A stretch of 64,000 bases of DNA from Narcine bancroftii (lineage: Eukaryota): contig NC_091476.1 of the NCBI RefSeq assembly GCF_036971445.1, positions 130,758,001 through 130,822,000 of the forward strand, in the 5' to 3' direction. The notes beneath the pieces were generated by a model. It was not told the origin of the DNA. It did not search any database and saw nothing but the letters and a program-made list of their open reading frames with translations. Below, piece by piece: positions 1 through 10,569 of this stretch (within the stretch, counting starts at the first letter, position 1; the number at the start of each line of letters is the position of its first letter). A program made the translations under genes and the position numbers.

Positions 1-265
1 TTTGCTAAACCTCTCCACCTCTGATCCCTAAATGATCACTGGATTGTATACTTTTGGCTTTCCCTTCCTGAAGTCAACAATCAGCTTCTTTGTTTTGGTG
101 CCATTGAGTACAAGGTTGTTGTCGGGGCACCATTCAGACAAGTTTTCTGTCTCCCTCCTGTATGTTGACTTATTGCCCCCTTTTAAATAACCCACTACCG
201 TAGTAACAGCAAATTTCTAAATATTGCTATTGTACTGAACCACACATTCATAGGTGTAAAGCAAG
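1..265 (-). mobile_element. Rex-Babar-like LINE RT fragment (degenerate)
   Basis: Minus strand reads YTYECVV...KFA.TTVVG followed by a TKTKKLIVDFRK-like segment, the same RT segment seen in the other Rex-type copies in this window. Confidence 0.65.
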
Positions 266-266
266 T

Positions 267-2120
267 TGATGTACCATGAATAATCACAAAGGGCTGAAGT
301 TGTGAAACTATCAGGCTTTTATTAACTAAAGACTAGAGCAACCATCAACCTCACTGCCTGAATGAAGCAAAGAGAAAGGGAGAGCAGGCAAGGGGCTATG
401 GGTAGTGTAGACGACACTTCCCACGTTCTAATATGTCCTAATTTCAAAATGTGTAATCTTCAATGAAACATGGGCTACGATATTCCAAATTACTATCTCT
501 TTAATCCAATAAACCAAACTTTGTAGATGCAGCTTTATGTAGGTTTAATTTGTTGATAAAACAAATAAACATTTTGCATAACTTTGCATAAAAATTTTCA
601 TAATGATGAATAAACAAAGCATATACTGTATTTAAAAATATAACAATATTTAACCAAAGAAATATACAGGAAGAAATAAGACAAATTCAAAGAAAATTAT
701 CTCAAGCTCACATCCCCTTCATAGTTCATCAAAGAGATCCAAACTCTTAGTCTCCGTGGATATTACAACATATTATATCATGGTCACTATGGTAACACTA
801 ACAACAATAGTCTTTCTTAAAGAGACAAGCACAAAATTAACTAAGAATCAAAAGCACAAAGTTTTAACCGATACAGGTAGGATCAGTCTCGGGAGGTGTG
901 TCCAGCCGACAGCAGCCAATCATGACATAATAGTGGTTTATCACATTCATTCCTCCTTTTTAAGAAGAGTCTGCAAGGTGAGAAAAAGAGGGTGTAACAA
1001 CTGTACATGCGTTTTACAGGTTAAGTCTATCAGGGCATCTCCTTTGCTGCAGCGAGTGACGCGGCAATGGTTGGGGCACTGCCATAGCACCCTGAGCAGT
1101 TTGTGAGGTTGACCTGTTAACAGTTTGTCAAGGGGTGGGGAAGTATGGTGCCAGTACATTGTTGGCAACAACAGCGGCCAGGAGTAGGAGGTGGTTAGCT
1201 GCAAGTTCCAGGACCCCTATGGTTGGTGGGGGGTGCCTTCAATAGAGGTCTCAGTGATGGTTGGAGAGGCCCCTGATGGAACAAGGACCTGGACTGAGAC
1301 TGTCAGGGAAAGAAACGAAGGTGGTTTGCATAGAGAAGACACACCATCTCGACCAGCGGGCCAGTCTTAGATAGTCTGACGTGCTTTGAACCAGGACTGA
1401 TCCTGGGGAGGTAAACCAAGTGGGCAGTGTGGTCCCTGATGCAGACTTCCTAGGAAAAGTAAACATACGTTCATGAAGCGGGTTGTTGGTGGCCATATAT
1501 AAAAGTGACCAGCTGAAGTGGAGTGCATCTGGGAGGACTTCTTGCCATTGGGAGACAGGGAGACTCCATGACCTCAATGCCAGGAGGATGGTCATCTACA
1601 CCATGGTGTTCTCCCTTTCCACTTGCCCATTACCTATAGGATTGTAGGTGGTGGCCCTGCTCATGTCGATGCCCATGGCCAGCAGGCGCTGCCACAGCTC
1701 ATCATTCATGAATGATGTCCCTCAATCACTGTGGATGAAGCCAGGGTACCAGAAGAGCATGAATATATTTCGGAGGGCCTTGATAATTGCATCTGTGGTC
1801 ATATCTGGGAAAGGTATGGCGAAGAGGAAATGGGAAAATTCATCGATGATGGTAAGGAAGTAGACATTCCGGTTGGATGAGGGGAGGGGTCCCTTGAAAT
1901 CACTGCTGAGGTGCTTGAAGGGGCGGGTAGCCTTGATCAGATGCACTTTGTCTGGCCAGTTGAATTGAAGTTTGCTTTTGGGGCAGACCTGGCAGTTTTT
2001 AGTCATTATCCAGACTTCTTCAACCGAGTATGGTAGGTTTTCAGATTTGATAAAATGAAAAAACCTAGTAACTCCAGGGTGGAAAAGGTCATTGTGGAGA
2101 GCCTGCGGTCTGTACATTTG
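267..2120 (-). mobile_element. Ty3/Gypsy remnant: partial 3' LTR (267-~410) and integrase region, with an unclassified ~650-bp segment at ~410-1060
   Basis: ORF 1722-2117 has the HHCC zinc finger (LHNDLFHPG...CQVC) and the integrase core (SDFKGPLP, FLTIIDEFS, FIHSD); ORF 1251-1595 is the integrase C-terminal part; LTR terminus TG at 267 with a minus-strand AATAAA at ~318-323. Confidence 0.85.
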
Positions 2121-2754
2121 AACACTAGCATCTCATTTTAGACTGAGATGAAGAGTAAAATTGCAAACCCTTTCAAAACTTTATAAAAAAAATGCTCGTC
2201 TTCTTCACAAAAATAATATCGGCTTGGAACATTTTAAACATTTTGAAAACCTTTTTACATTTAATTGGGTGATTCTAGCTGTTAATGTTAAAAGAAACCA
2301 AATTATGTCTTTATTCATATTTAAACTGATTTTAATACCTTTAAAAGAACATATTTAATGCACATGTGCAGATAACATCGAGGAGACAGCAAACTGGCTA
2401 GACCAGAACAGTGAAACAATGCAGATAATAATATCTTCTCAAGGTTGCCCAGTGAAACTAAATTTCTAAATTGCCCATCCCCCAAGCCCTGAAACAAAAA
2501 CTATCCTGGAGAAGGAGAGCATGCTATAACCATTAACCCTTAACTCGCGTCTCCAAGATTAAAGCTAATGTATGTTCCCACAACAGTAAGGCAAATGCCT
2601 ATGTGTGGTTTCATGTATTCTAATTAATTGGAAATAAATTGGAAACAGCTTTCACATTTCTTTATGGGATTGCAATGTCTTGTCATTATATTGATCATTC
2701 AATGGTGACTCCCAAAGTCTTTAATTACTTCTTAGCTTCAATCACTCATTCTAA

Positions 2755-3126
2755 CTGTGGTTCTCAATCTTTTTCTTTCCTCTCACATACCACTAAGTAT
2801 TCCCTATGCCATCGGTGCTCTGTGATTAGTAAGGGATTGCTTAAGGTGGTATGTGGGTGGAAATAAAAAGTTTGAAAACTATTGTTCAAATTACACCTAA
2901 TCGACTCATTATGTTCACGGTTTCCTAACTCCAAAGGAAATAGGCCAATGACAATTTTTCTCAAGTAAAATATTTCAGTAACAATTGGGTCGAGGGCAAT
3001 GATTTCAACCTTCCCTTCCCACTCACATACCACACTAAGCAATCCCTTACTAATCACAGAGCACCGATGGCATAGGGATTACTTAATGTGGTACGTGAGT
3101 GGAAAGAAAAAGGTTGAGAACCACTG
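2755..3126. mobile_element. hAT (Charlie-like) MITE with ~115-bp terminal inverted repeats
   Basis: Termini c(t)gtggttctcaa...ttgagaaccactg; arms 2755-2870 and 3010-3126 are near-perfect reverse complements; ttctaac is repeated at both ends (TSD-like). Confidence 0.8.
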
Positions 3127-3329
3127 TTCTAACCCATCACAGGTAATGTCTCTCACAAATGTGCAATGCCTCTTCTCATTGGTAAGAAAAGCATTACAAG
3201 TGATTTATGTGACAGTCTGTCTTGGGAAAGAAGCTGTTATCACTTTGAAAACAAAACTTAAGTTCAGCTAGTTACATTCCTTTGCATTCTATTTTGGGCA
3301 ACTTTTACAGCAAAAGTCCCAGAATTCTT

Positions 3330-4545
3330 TACAATGCCACACTATAATGTTAAATTGTCCACAAACTTTAACACTCCATCTCTGGAGCTGAAGAGAAACC
3401 TCAGGAGGGTGAATCCTTGGAAAGCAATCGGCCCAGACAGAGTATCTGACAAGGTCCTTAAAAGCCATGTGAACTTACTCACTACAGTGGTCAGCAGACC
3501 CCTACCTGCATCAATGACATCTACCATAATGCAGTATTTCCACAAATTGGTTATGGACCAAAACAACTACATTATCAGGAAGGACTTAGACCTACTTCAG
3601 TTAGAAGCATCAGAACAGGTCAACAGCAGACGCCACCTCGTTGGCCCTCCACTTTGCATTAGATCACCTCGACCACAGAAGCACCTAAAAGATCATTGAC
3701 TACAGCAAAGTATTCAACACCATCATACGAGAAAAACCCATGATCAAGCTAAAGGATGTTGGACTCTGTCCCTCTGCAACTGGATCCTCAGTTTCCTCAT
3801 TGACAGACCCCAATCAGTGCAGATCAGCAACATCACCTCCTCCTTGCTGACCATCAGGAGCTCCCCAGAGCTACATGCTTACTTCACTACACCCATGACT
3901 ACGCATCCAATGATGGCACCCACCATTATTGGCCAAATAACTGGAAATGATAAGTCATAATACAGGATGGAAATCGAGGATCTACTTGAATGGTACCAAA
4001 ACAACAATCTTACTCTCAACATCACCAAGACCAAGGAGATGGTTGTTGATTTTTGGAAGAGGCCAAGGAATGGGCCCGTCTACATTGATGGAACAGAAGT
4101 GGAGATGGTCAAAACCTTCAAGCTACTGGGCATCCATATTTCAGAAGATCTTTCCTGGCACCAACACATTCAGGCAAACATGAAGAAGGCACACCAATGT
4201 TTCTACTTCCTCAGGAGTGAGGAGATTTGAAATGTTGTCAGATATTGTATCAAGCTTCTTCAGATGCACTATGGAGAGTATACTGGGTGGTTGCATCACA
4301 GCTTGGTTTGGGAATTCCACCACTCAGGAACACAGAAGGTAATAAACATAGCCAGGTTCATCACAGGAACTGACCTATCCATTGCAGATATCTATTTAAG
4401 GCACTGCCTTAAGAAGGCAGCGAACATCATTAAGGAACCCCTAACCCTGATCACAACCTCTTCCCATTGCTACCTTTGGGCAGAAAGTACAGAAGCCTGA
4501 AAATCAGAACCTACATGTTCAAGAACAGCTTCTTTCCAACAGTAT
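3330..4545 (+). mobile_element. Rex-Babar-like LINE ORF2 (RT), degenerate
   Basis: Fragments VNPWKAIGPD, DYSKVFNTII, LNITKTKEMVVDF, FKLLGIHISEDLSW and RTYMFKNSFFP across several frameshifts. Confidence 0.85.
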
Positions 4546-4885
4546 AGAATAGTATAGATATGCATGATGGTTGGGATAGATGTAATGAGCTGAAAGACCT
4601 TTTTCATTGCTATACAGCTTTTGACTCAGTGTTAGAGATTGTTTGAAATATTTGAGGGCAAGATGAAAGTGGATGGCAAAGCTATGAAATTAACAACTTC
4701 TGCAATGACAACAGGAAGTAACCAATGTAGTCGTTAGTATAGTGGAGAAAGAGTTTTGGGGGTGGGAGGGGGGAAACAGAAAATGGTTGAGACCATAGAG
4801 GATTTGCAAAGTGATGGTATTAACAACTAAGTACATACAATGCCAATCCAATGATCAAGAGGTAAAACACCCCAGTCCAATGTCT

Positions 4886-6089
4886 TTATCTAACTGTTAT
4901 TTGAAGGATTTTCTGCAGTTCCTCTCTGAGATCCAGTTGCATTTGTAAAGCTTGTTGGTAAGATAATGCCTTGTCACATGACTGGTATATTAATCTATAA
5001 CAATAACTTGTGCGTTTGTTCTGAGGATGACAGAAACTGTCAATCAACTCCATTCCTCTCACTGACTCCCTGCTGACACGTCTCACAATAGTGTGAAGTT
5101 CCAATTCATCTAGTTTACCATTGGTATCAACCCAGAAACTGACATCATGAGTGTAAGAGGGTGGATAGAGTGAGAAATCACACAAAGGTTTCAATTCTAA
5201 TCCACTAATCTGGTTCAGGAAGCGTTCATCAAATGTCCAAAGGAGCCTCCAGTCACTTAAATGGCAAAGCACCAGAGTCAGCAAGTCAAGGTTTATTGAA
5301 CCAACACAGACATTGAGTTCACCATTGATCTGTTGATAAGGAATGAGATCCAATTTTCCAACGGCTATATCTGTAAAGTCTGGCTGAACCATGTCCTTAA
5401 AATAAATATTCCAACATTTTCCACTGGTCTTCTCCTTAAACACAATTGGATACAAGCTCTTATCCATCTGGTAAATTTCAGAACCAGTGGTCTTTGAGGT
5501 TGATTTCACAAGGAATGCAATGGAGTTCGCTAAAGAGGACATAAACAGGCAAAAAAAATCTGGTTGTCCTTTATCAGTGAAAGCACCAACCAAAACCATC
5601 TCATGGAATGCAGGCATAGTTTGTGGAGTAATCAGGCATTTCTTGAAAACAGTGCCAGTGAGTACATGAATGACTTCAGCTCTGAAATCTGGTTGTTGCA
5701 GCACTTTGTTTAGGTATCTTATCAGAGTAGGGCAGAAATAGTATTTGCGGCAAACTGGAACTGCCTGTTTTATCAATTTGCAATCCACATTTTGTCCCAT
5801 CTTATTCTCTAGGCTCAGATCAGATATTTGCAATGAACATTCACTGCAAGAGGGCCTAGTTAAGCACCCACCATCACTGCTTCTGTCTCGGTCAACTCCA
5901 CAACTGGAACAGGTAACAAAATAAAGCTCGGACTGATGAATGTCAGATCCTACATATGGGTATCCAGTGTGACATAGGAGAGGAAAGTTGTTCTCCACTT
6001 CCTGAACATTCACTCTGGCTGCAATCTGCTTCGTCAACAGTTCTCGAACGACATTCACTGGATGATTTGAACCTTTCTGAAGAAAATTT
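4886..6089 (-). CDS. FDXACB1: FDXACB1 last coding exon (PheRS-like middle region and C-terminal ferredoxin-fold anticodon-binding domain)
   Basis: Acceptor tttttgcag at 6090; open frame with DWRLLWTFDERF, LYPPSYTHDVSFW and SYCYRLIYQSCDKALS to TAA at 4886; phase 2 matches the preceding exon. Confidence 0.95.
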
Positions 6090-6535
6090 CTGCAAAAATA
6101 AGAAAAACTGTCTGAGGTTAAGGCCAATATTTCCTTTCATTCAGAGATGCTCAAACAAGAGTTAGTGGTGGAAGCAAGAGATTGCAGATGTTGGAATTTG
6201 GTGCAGAAAGCAACTGCTGCAGAAAGAAAGCAAGTCGAATAGCATCTTGGGGGGGCGTCAACATTTTAGGTTGAGACCAGCATAGAAGGGAGATGGCAGC
6301 ATAAAGGGGTAACTGGAGGGAACTTTGATGGGGGGATGGTGTTAGAAGGGGTGAGAGAAGATTGGAAATACAATAGTCAGGCGGTAATAAGTGGAAATAC
6401 AAAGGACTGCAGGGTGTGGAATCTGAGAAGGTAGGTGATGAGAGAAACCAGATAAGGGAGGGGTGATGGGCAGATTGAAGCATTTGGGGAGGGGTTGGAA
6501 ACCCAGACAGAGGTGTGCGTGGAACCAAACTCAAC

Positions 6536-6694
6536 CTGTTTATCTTATCAACAAGTTCTTCAGGGATCTCGAAGGAACAGCATTCATTCCCATTCATGGT
6601 TTTCAGAAAAACTGGCTTTATCTTGTTGATAGGCCAACTTTTAGTGAACACATGGGTTAGAGCTCCATTCACACAGAAGGACTTATCTTGACTC
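6536..6694 (-). CDS. FDXACB1: FDXACB1 coding exon 5 (SQDKSFCVNGALTHVFTKS...ELVDKINR)
   Basis: tttcag acceptor and GTTGAG donor; 159 nt, phase 2-2; completes the GYRSQDKSF motif. Confidence 0.92.
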
Positions 6695-7039
6695 CTGAAA
6701 GAAAAAGGATCAAAGAGCCAATTTTGCATATTTTACAAAGATGGGACCGTAAAAGCACCTTGAAATATCTGCTTACTGCATACAAGTATCTGAAACATAG
6801 ATTTTTAGGTTCACAATCTAAATGATTAATGTGACTGGCAGTGAGATGCAAAGAATCACATACATACCAACAAAGCTGAGATTCAAAATCCTAAAGCCAC
6901 ATATTTTGTTTAATTTTAAGTTTCCCTGATCAAAAAAAAATCAGTGGGTTATTATTCAGCTAATAGCCTTGTGTAGGCAATCCCATGCAGAGAATAACTT
7001 TTCTGTTTACAAAATAGCAACTGCTTTTATTTTTTTTTA

Positions 7040-10000
7040 ACAATGGGTCTGCCCGCTTGATTTAAGGTAGCAGCCAGGGCAAAATCTGAGGCGTTGCTTT
7101 CCACTTGGAATGGCTTAGATTCATCAATAGCATGCATGGATGCTCTGGCAATGTCTTCCTTGATAGTAGCAAAGGGCTTGCTCTGAGAGGGGGAAAGAGG
7201 ACGCTTTGATGAGACGTTTTAGGCTTTGTCGGTGTAGCGAGTGTTATGGAGTCGAGGCCCCAAAAACCAGCAGCACTAGATATTCACCACAGCACAGGGT
7301 TACTTAAACAAAAGTAGTTTTTAATTGTAATTGAACAAGAAAACAGAATTAAACTTTAACTTATTACTTAACCTACCTAACCTACTTAATCCCCCCTCTA
7401 ATACTAAGCGCAGGTGTGTGTAATGTATATTTAAGATTAGAAAAGCTCTTTATATCACAGTCCAATCTCACTGGTTGCAGGCAATTCTTGTACTGTGCAC
7501 AGAAGTTAGCATTAACAAAGTTCACCAGGCTTTGGAGTTTAACAGGCAAATGGTTACCACTCAGGAGGGTTCTTGCTGGTTTTCAGAGAGATTCATTTTC
7601 CAGGACATCCGCAACTGATTCCTTCTCAATCAGTCTTGCTGACAAAACTTGCCCCCTTCAGGGTTCTCCAGATGATCTTCTTTCTTTCAGGTCACCTTTC
7701 AGACCGCCAGTCTTCTCCTTTGACCCAGGCAGCCTTCCAAAGTTTGCCAGCTTGTCCCTCTGGAACTGATTTCTGTCTCCTTTCTCTCTGTTTCACACCC
7801 TCCCTCTCTGAGAGCAAAACTGTTCTCTCCACCATGCAAAAATCACATGTTCCTAGGCAAGCTGCTGTCGATACTTTGTTGCCTCTTGCAAAAAGCATTC
7901 TGCAAAAGTCCTGCAAATATTCTGTGTTTTAAAATGTGTGTGTTCAAGCTGCTCTAATGATTCCTCCCAAACCACCTCTAGATACTCTGTCACGCAAGGT
8001 ACCTACTAGGCATAGTAGCAGAAAAATCCCAGACATCTTTTAAAGGCTTTATGAGTTGTAGGGACCAGTAGTTCCATGAGAGGGCACATCCAGTCATTAT
8101 GACCACATAGCCCAGGATAGACAACTTAGTTACACGGAAAATGCACTTTAGTTCATTGTACGTGAGGTTTAGGTTCTATGCAAATTTGAGAAATTAGTGT
8201 TATGGCCCTGTAAGTTGTGACCACATATTATGATGTTATCCAAGTTGGGATAAGTGGCGGTTAGGTTACTGCCATCCACCATGCGGGTCCATCTCTCTCT
8301 GGAATACAGATACTCTCTTAGTGGCCCCAAAAGGGAGACGCAGAGAAATTGATATAGCCTACCGTCAGCTTCGAAAGCCATATAAATACAGTCACTTTAA
8401 TGAATGGGCAACTGGTGATAGGCAGATTTCAAGTCTATGGTGGAGAAAACCTTGTAGTGGAGAAAACCTTGTAGTGGGCTATTTTGTTCATCGTGTCATT
8501 TATTCTTGGTAAGGGATCAGCATTAAATTAAGTGAATTTGTTTATAGTTTGGTTGTAATCGACAACTATCTGATTCCCTGTTTTACTACTACAACTTGAG
8601 CATGCCAGGGGCTGGCGCTGGGTTCGATAACATCTTTCTGCAGTAGTCGTTGTACTTCTGATTTGATGAATGACCTGTCAGCAGCAGAGTAGCACTGGCT
8701 CTTGGTTGCCATGGGTCTGCAATTGGGTGTGAGATTGGTGAATAGTCGCCACAGGGACACACTCAGCGTCGAGAGGTTGGAGGAAGGTTGTCTGACTACC
8801 AGAGGTGGATGAGTTCATTATAAGCTAGGGTTACACTTTCATGCTGGCACTGGAAATCCAACCCTAAGAGCACAGGGGCACAGAGATTGGGTAGGATGAG
8901 CAATTTGAAATCTTTCTATTCAGTACCCTTAATCAACAGGTCGGCAAGACAGTAGCCATGTACCTCTGCAACATGGGAGGTAGAGGCTTGGCTAATTTTA
9001 CAGTCAGTGTTTTGCACTTCGAGAGCACAGATAAAACTCTCGGTGCTTCCACTGTCAAACAAGCAGTTTGTAGAGTTTCCATTTACTTCTATATTCAACA
9101 TGGAATGGGTTAAACCATGGCTACGTGCCTGATTTAGTTCCAGTGAGGCAAGCATTGTCGGTGTTGCATCATCCTGTTCTTCATGTCGCTCGTCTTCAGA
9201 GGGCACTGTCCAACTAGATTCGCACAAAGCATTGTGAGCTGGTGGGAGATTTTGAGATAAGCAGGGAGAAGGGATTGATGACTTTTCCCGTTCTTCTCCA
9301 GAGTTAACAGCAGTTTTGGTGGTCCTTCTAGAGAGTCATCTGCAGACCTTTCTGTAGTGACTCCTCTTGCAGCATTTACATACACAGCCTCTCTAGCAGC
9401 TCATCAGGATCTCGGGTGCTTAACTTGTCCACAGAAGTAGCATTTCAGCTGATTTCATGGATCCGCAGCCATGACAGGGTCCATGGCCGAGTCTTGAGTC
9501 TGGCCATTTGGGCAATTCGCCAGAGAATCGAGTAGAGTAGGGCCACGTGGCCACAATTCAGCAGCCAATTCAGACGAGTAGATATCACCCCTTCTAAGCT
9601 CAAGGTCTAGAGACTTGGCGATTCTTATAGCTTGATTTAAATCCAACTCATCTGTCTCTAGCAGCCACTGTCTCACATTTCACTCCAGAGACCAATGAAT
9701 CCAGGACCAGTATATCAACAAATTCTTCTGCAGACTTCACTCTCCTTAATCCCAGGTCACGAAGGGTCAAGATAAAGTCACTGATCGACTCCCCCGGCTG
9801 CTGCTTGCAAGTCGCTAGCAAGTTTCTGGGATGTACTTCATTCCGCTGGCCCACATTTTCTTCTCTCAGAGCAGCGATAGCAGCCGAATAAGTCTTTGTC
9901 CCTTATCAGCACAAAGGCCTTGGTGCCTATCCGGGAGAGAAGTAGGAGTAGCTTCTGCTCATCATCCACTATCCCAGCTGCATTTAAAAATGCTTTCAGG

Positions 10001-10565
10001 CACCACAGCCAATACTCAAAGTGAGTCGCAGCCTCCGGGGCTCGTGGGTCGAGCTCGAGCCCGTCCAGTTTCATAATTTGCTCCATTCTTACCAGAGGTC
10101 GAGGTCTGGGCGCAGGCATCTGTTCCGACTGTACAGGAGGCTGCACTGGCTGTGGGTCTTGAACATGCACCAGTGCTGCAGCCCCCAGAGGAGGGAGCGG
10201 AGGTGGAGGAGGCAGTGTTGAGCCTCCAGTTGGTAAGCCCATGCTCCACCATTTTCTTCATCCCTTGACTCTTTTCAGATCGGGCACTACTTTTGAAACT
10301 CATCTCAAATGAACTTCGCTAAAAAAATTGAACTGCAGTCAATACCTCATGAGACAGGAGTTATGCAAATAACATCCGCTTTTATTAGCAAGAAAATGGC
10401 AGTGTTAGCCATCTACGAGCCTAGTCCCAATGTGAGCTGAGAGCAGTGGACAGGAACACTTATATACAAGCAGGGGGCTACTTCCCCCTAGTCAGTCTAT
10501 AGCACTGGTCCTCCATTCCAGCCAGCAGCGAGCAATTATAAGCAATTGCATTCTACATACAACCA
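7040..10565 (-). mobile_element. Ty3/Gypsy element (5' LTR, gag, protease, RT), degenerate, in an FDXACB1 intron
   Basis: gag (LELDPRAPEAATHFEYW, RNLLATCKQQPGESI), protease (CLFDSGSTESFI) and RT (IEPSASPW, VFSTIDLKSAYHQL, xLDNII, RCLGFFxYYA); LTR at ~10329-10565. Confidence 0.92.
7242..7994. mobile_element. Solo LTR (~750 bp) nested in the Gypsy pol gene
   Basis: TG...C(A>G) ends with 4-bp flanks cgag/caag; removing it rejoins the RT frame GFFCYYALxVPRYTDKA. Confidence 0.8.
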
Positions 10566-10569
10566 TGGA

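Noticed and set aside
6151-6535. Read-through of ORF 6151-6729 beyond the FDXACB1 exon
   Set aside because: Past the donor at 6535 the sequence is a pyrimidine-rich, Penelope-like intronic remnant.
267-10565. One Gypsy element that captured the last two FDXACB1 exons (gag-RT on one side, integrase on the other)
   Set aside because: The two LTRs (267-410 and 10329-10565) are not alike, and the exons are the normal syntenic gene. Two independent insertions explain it better.
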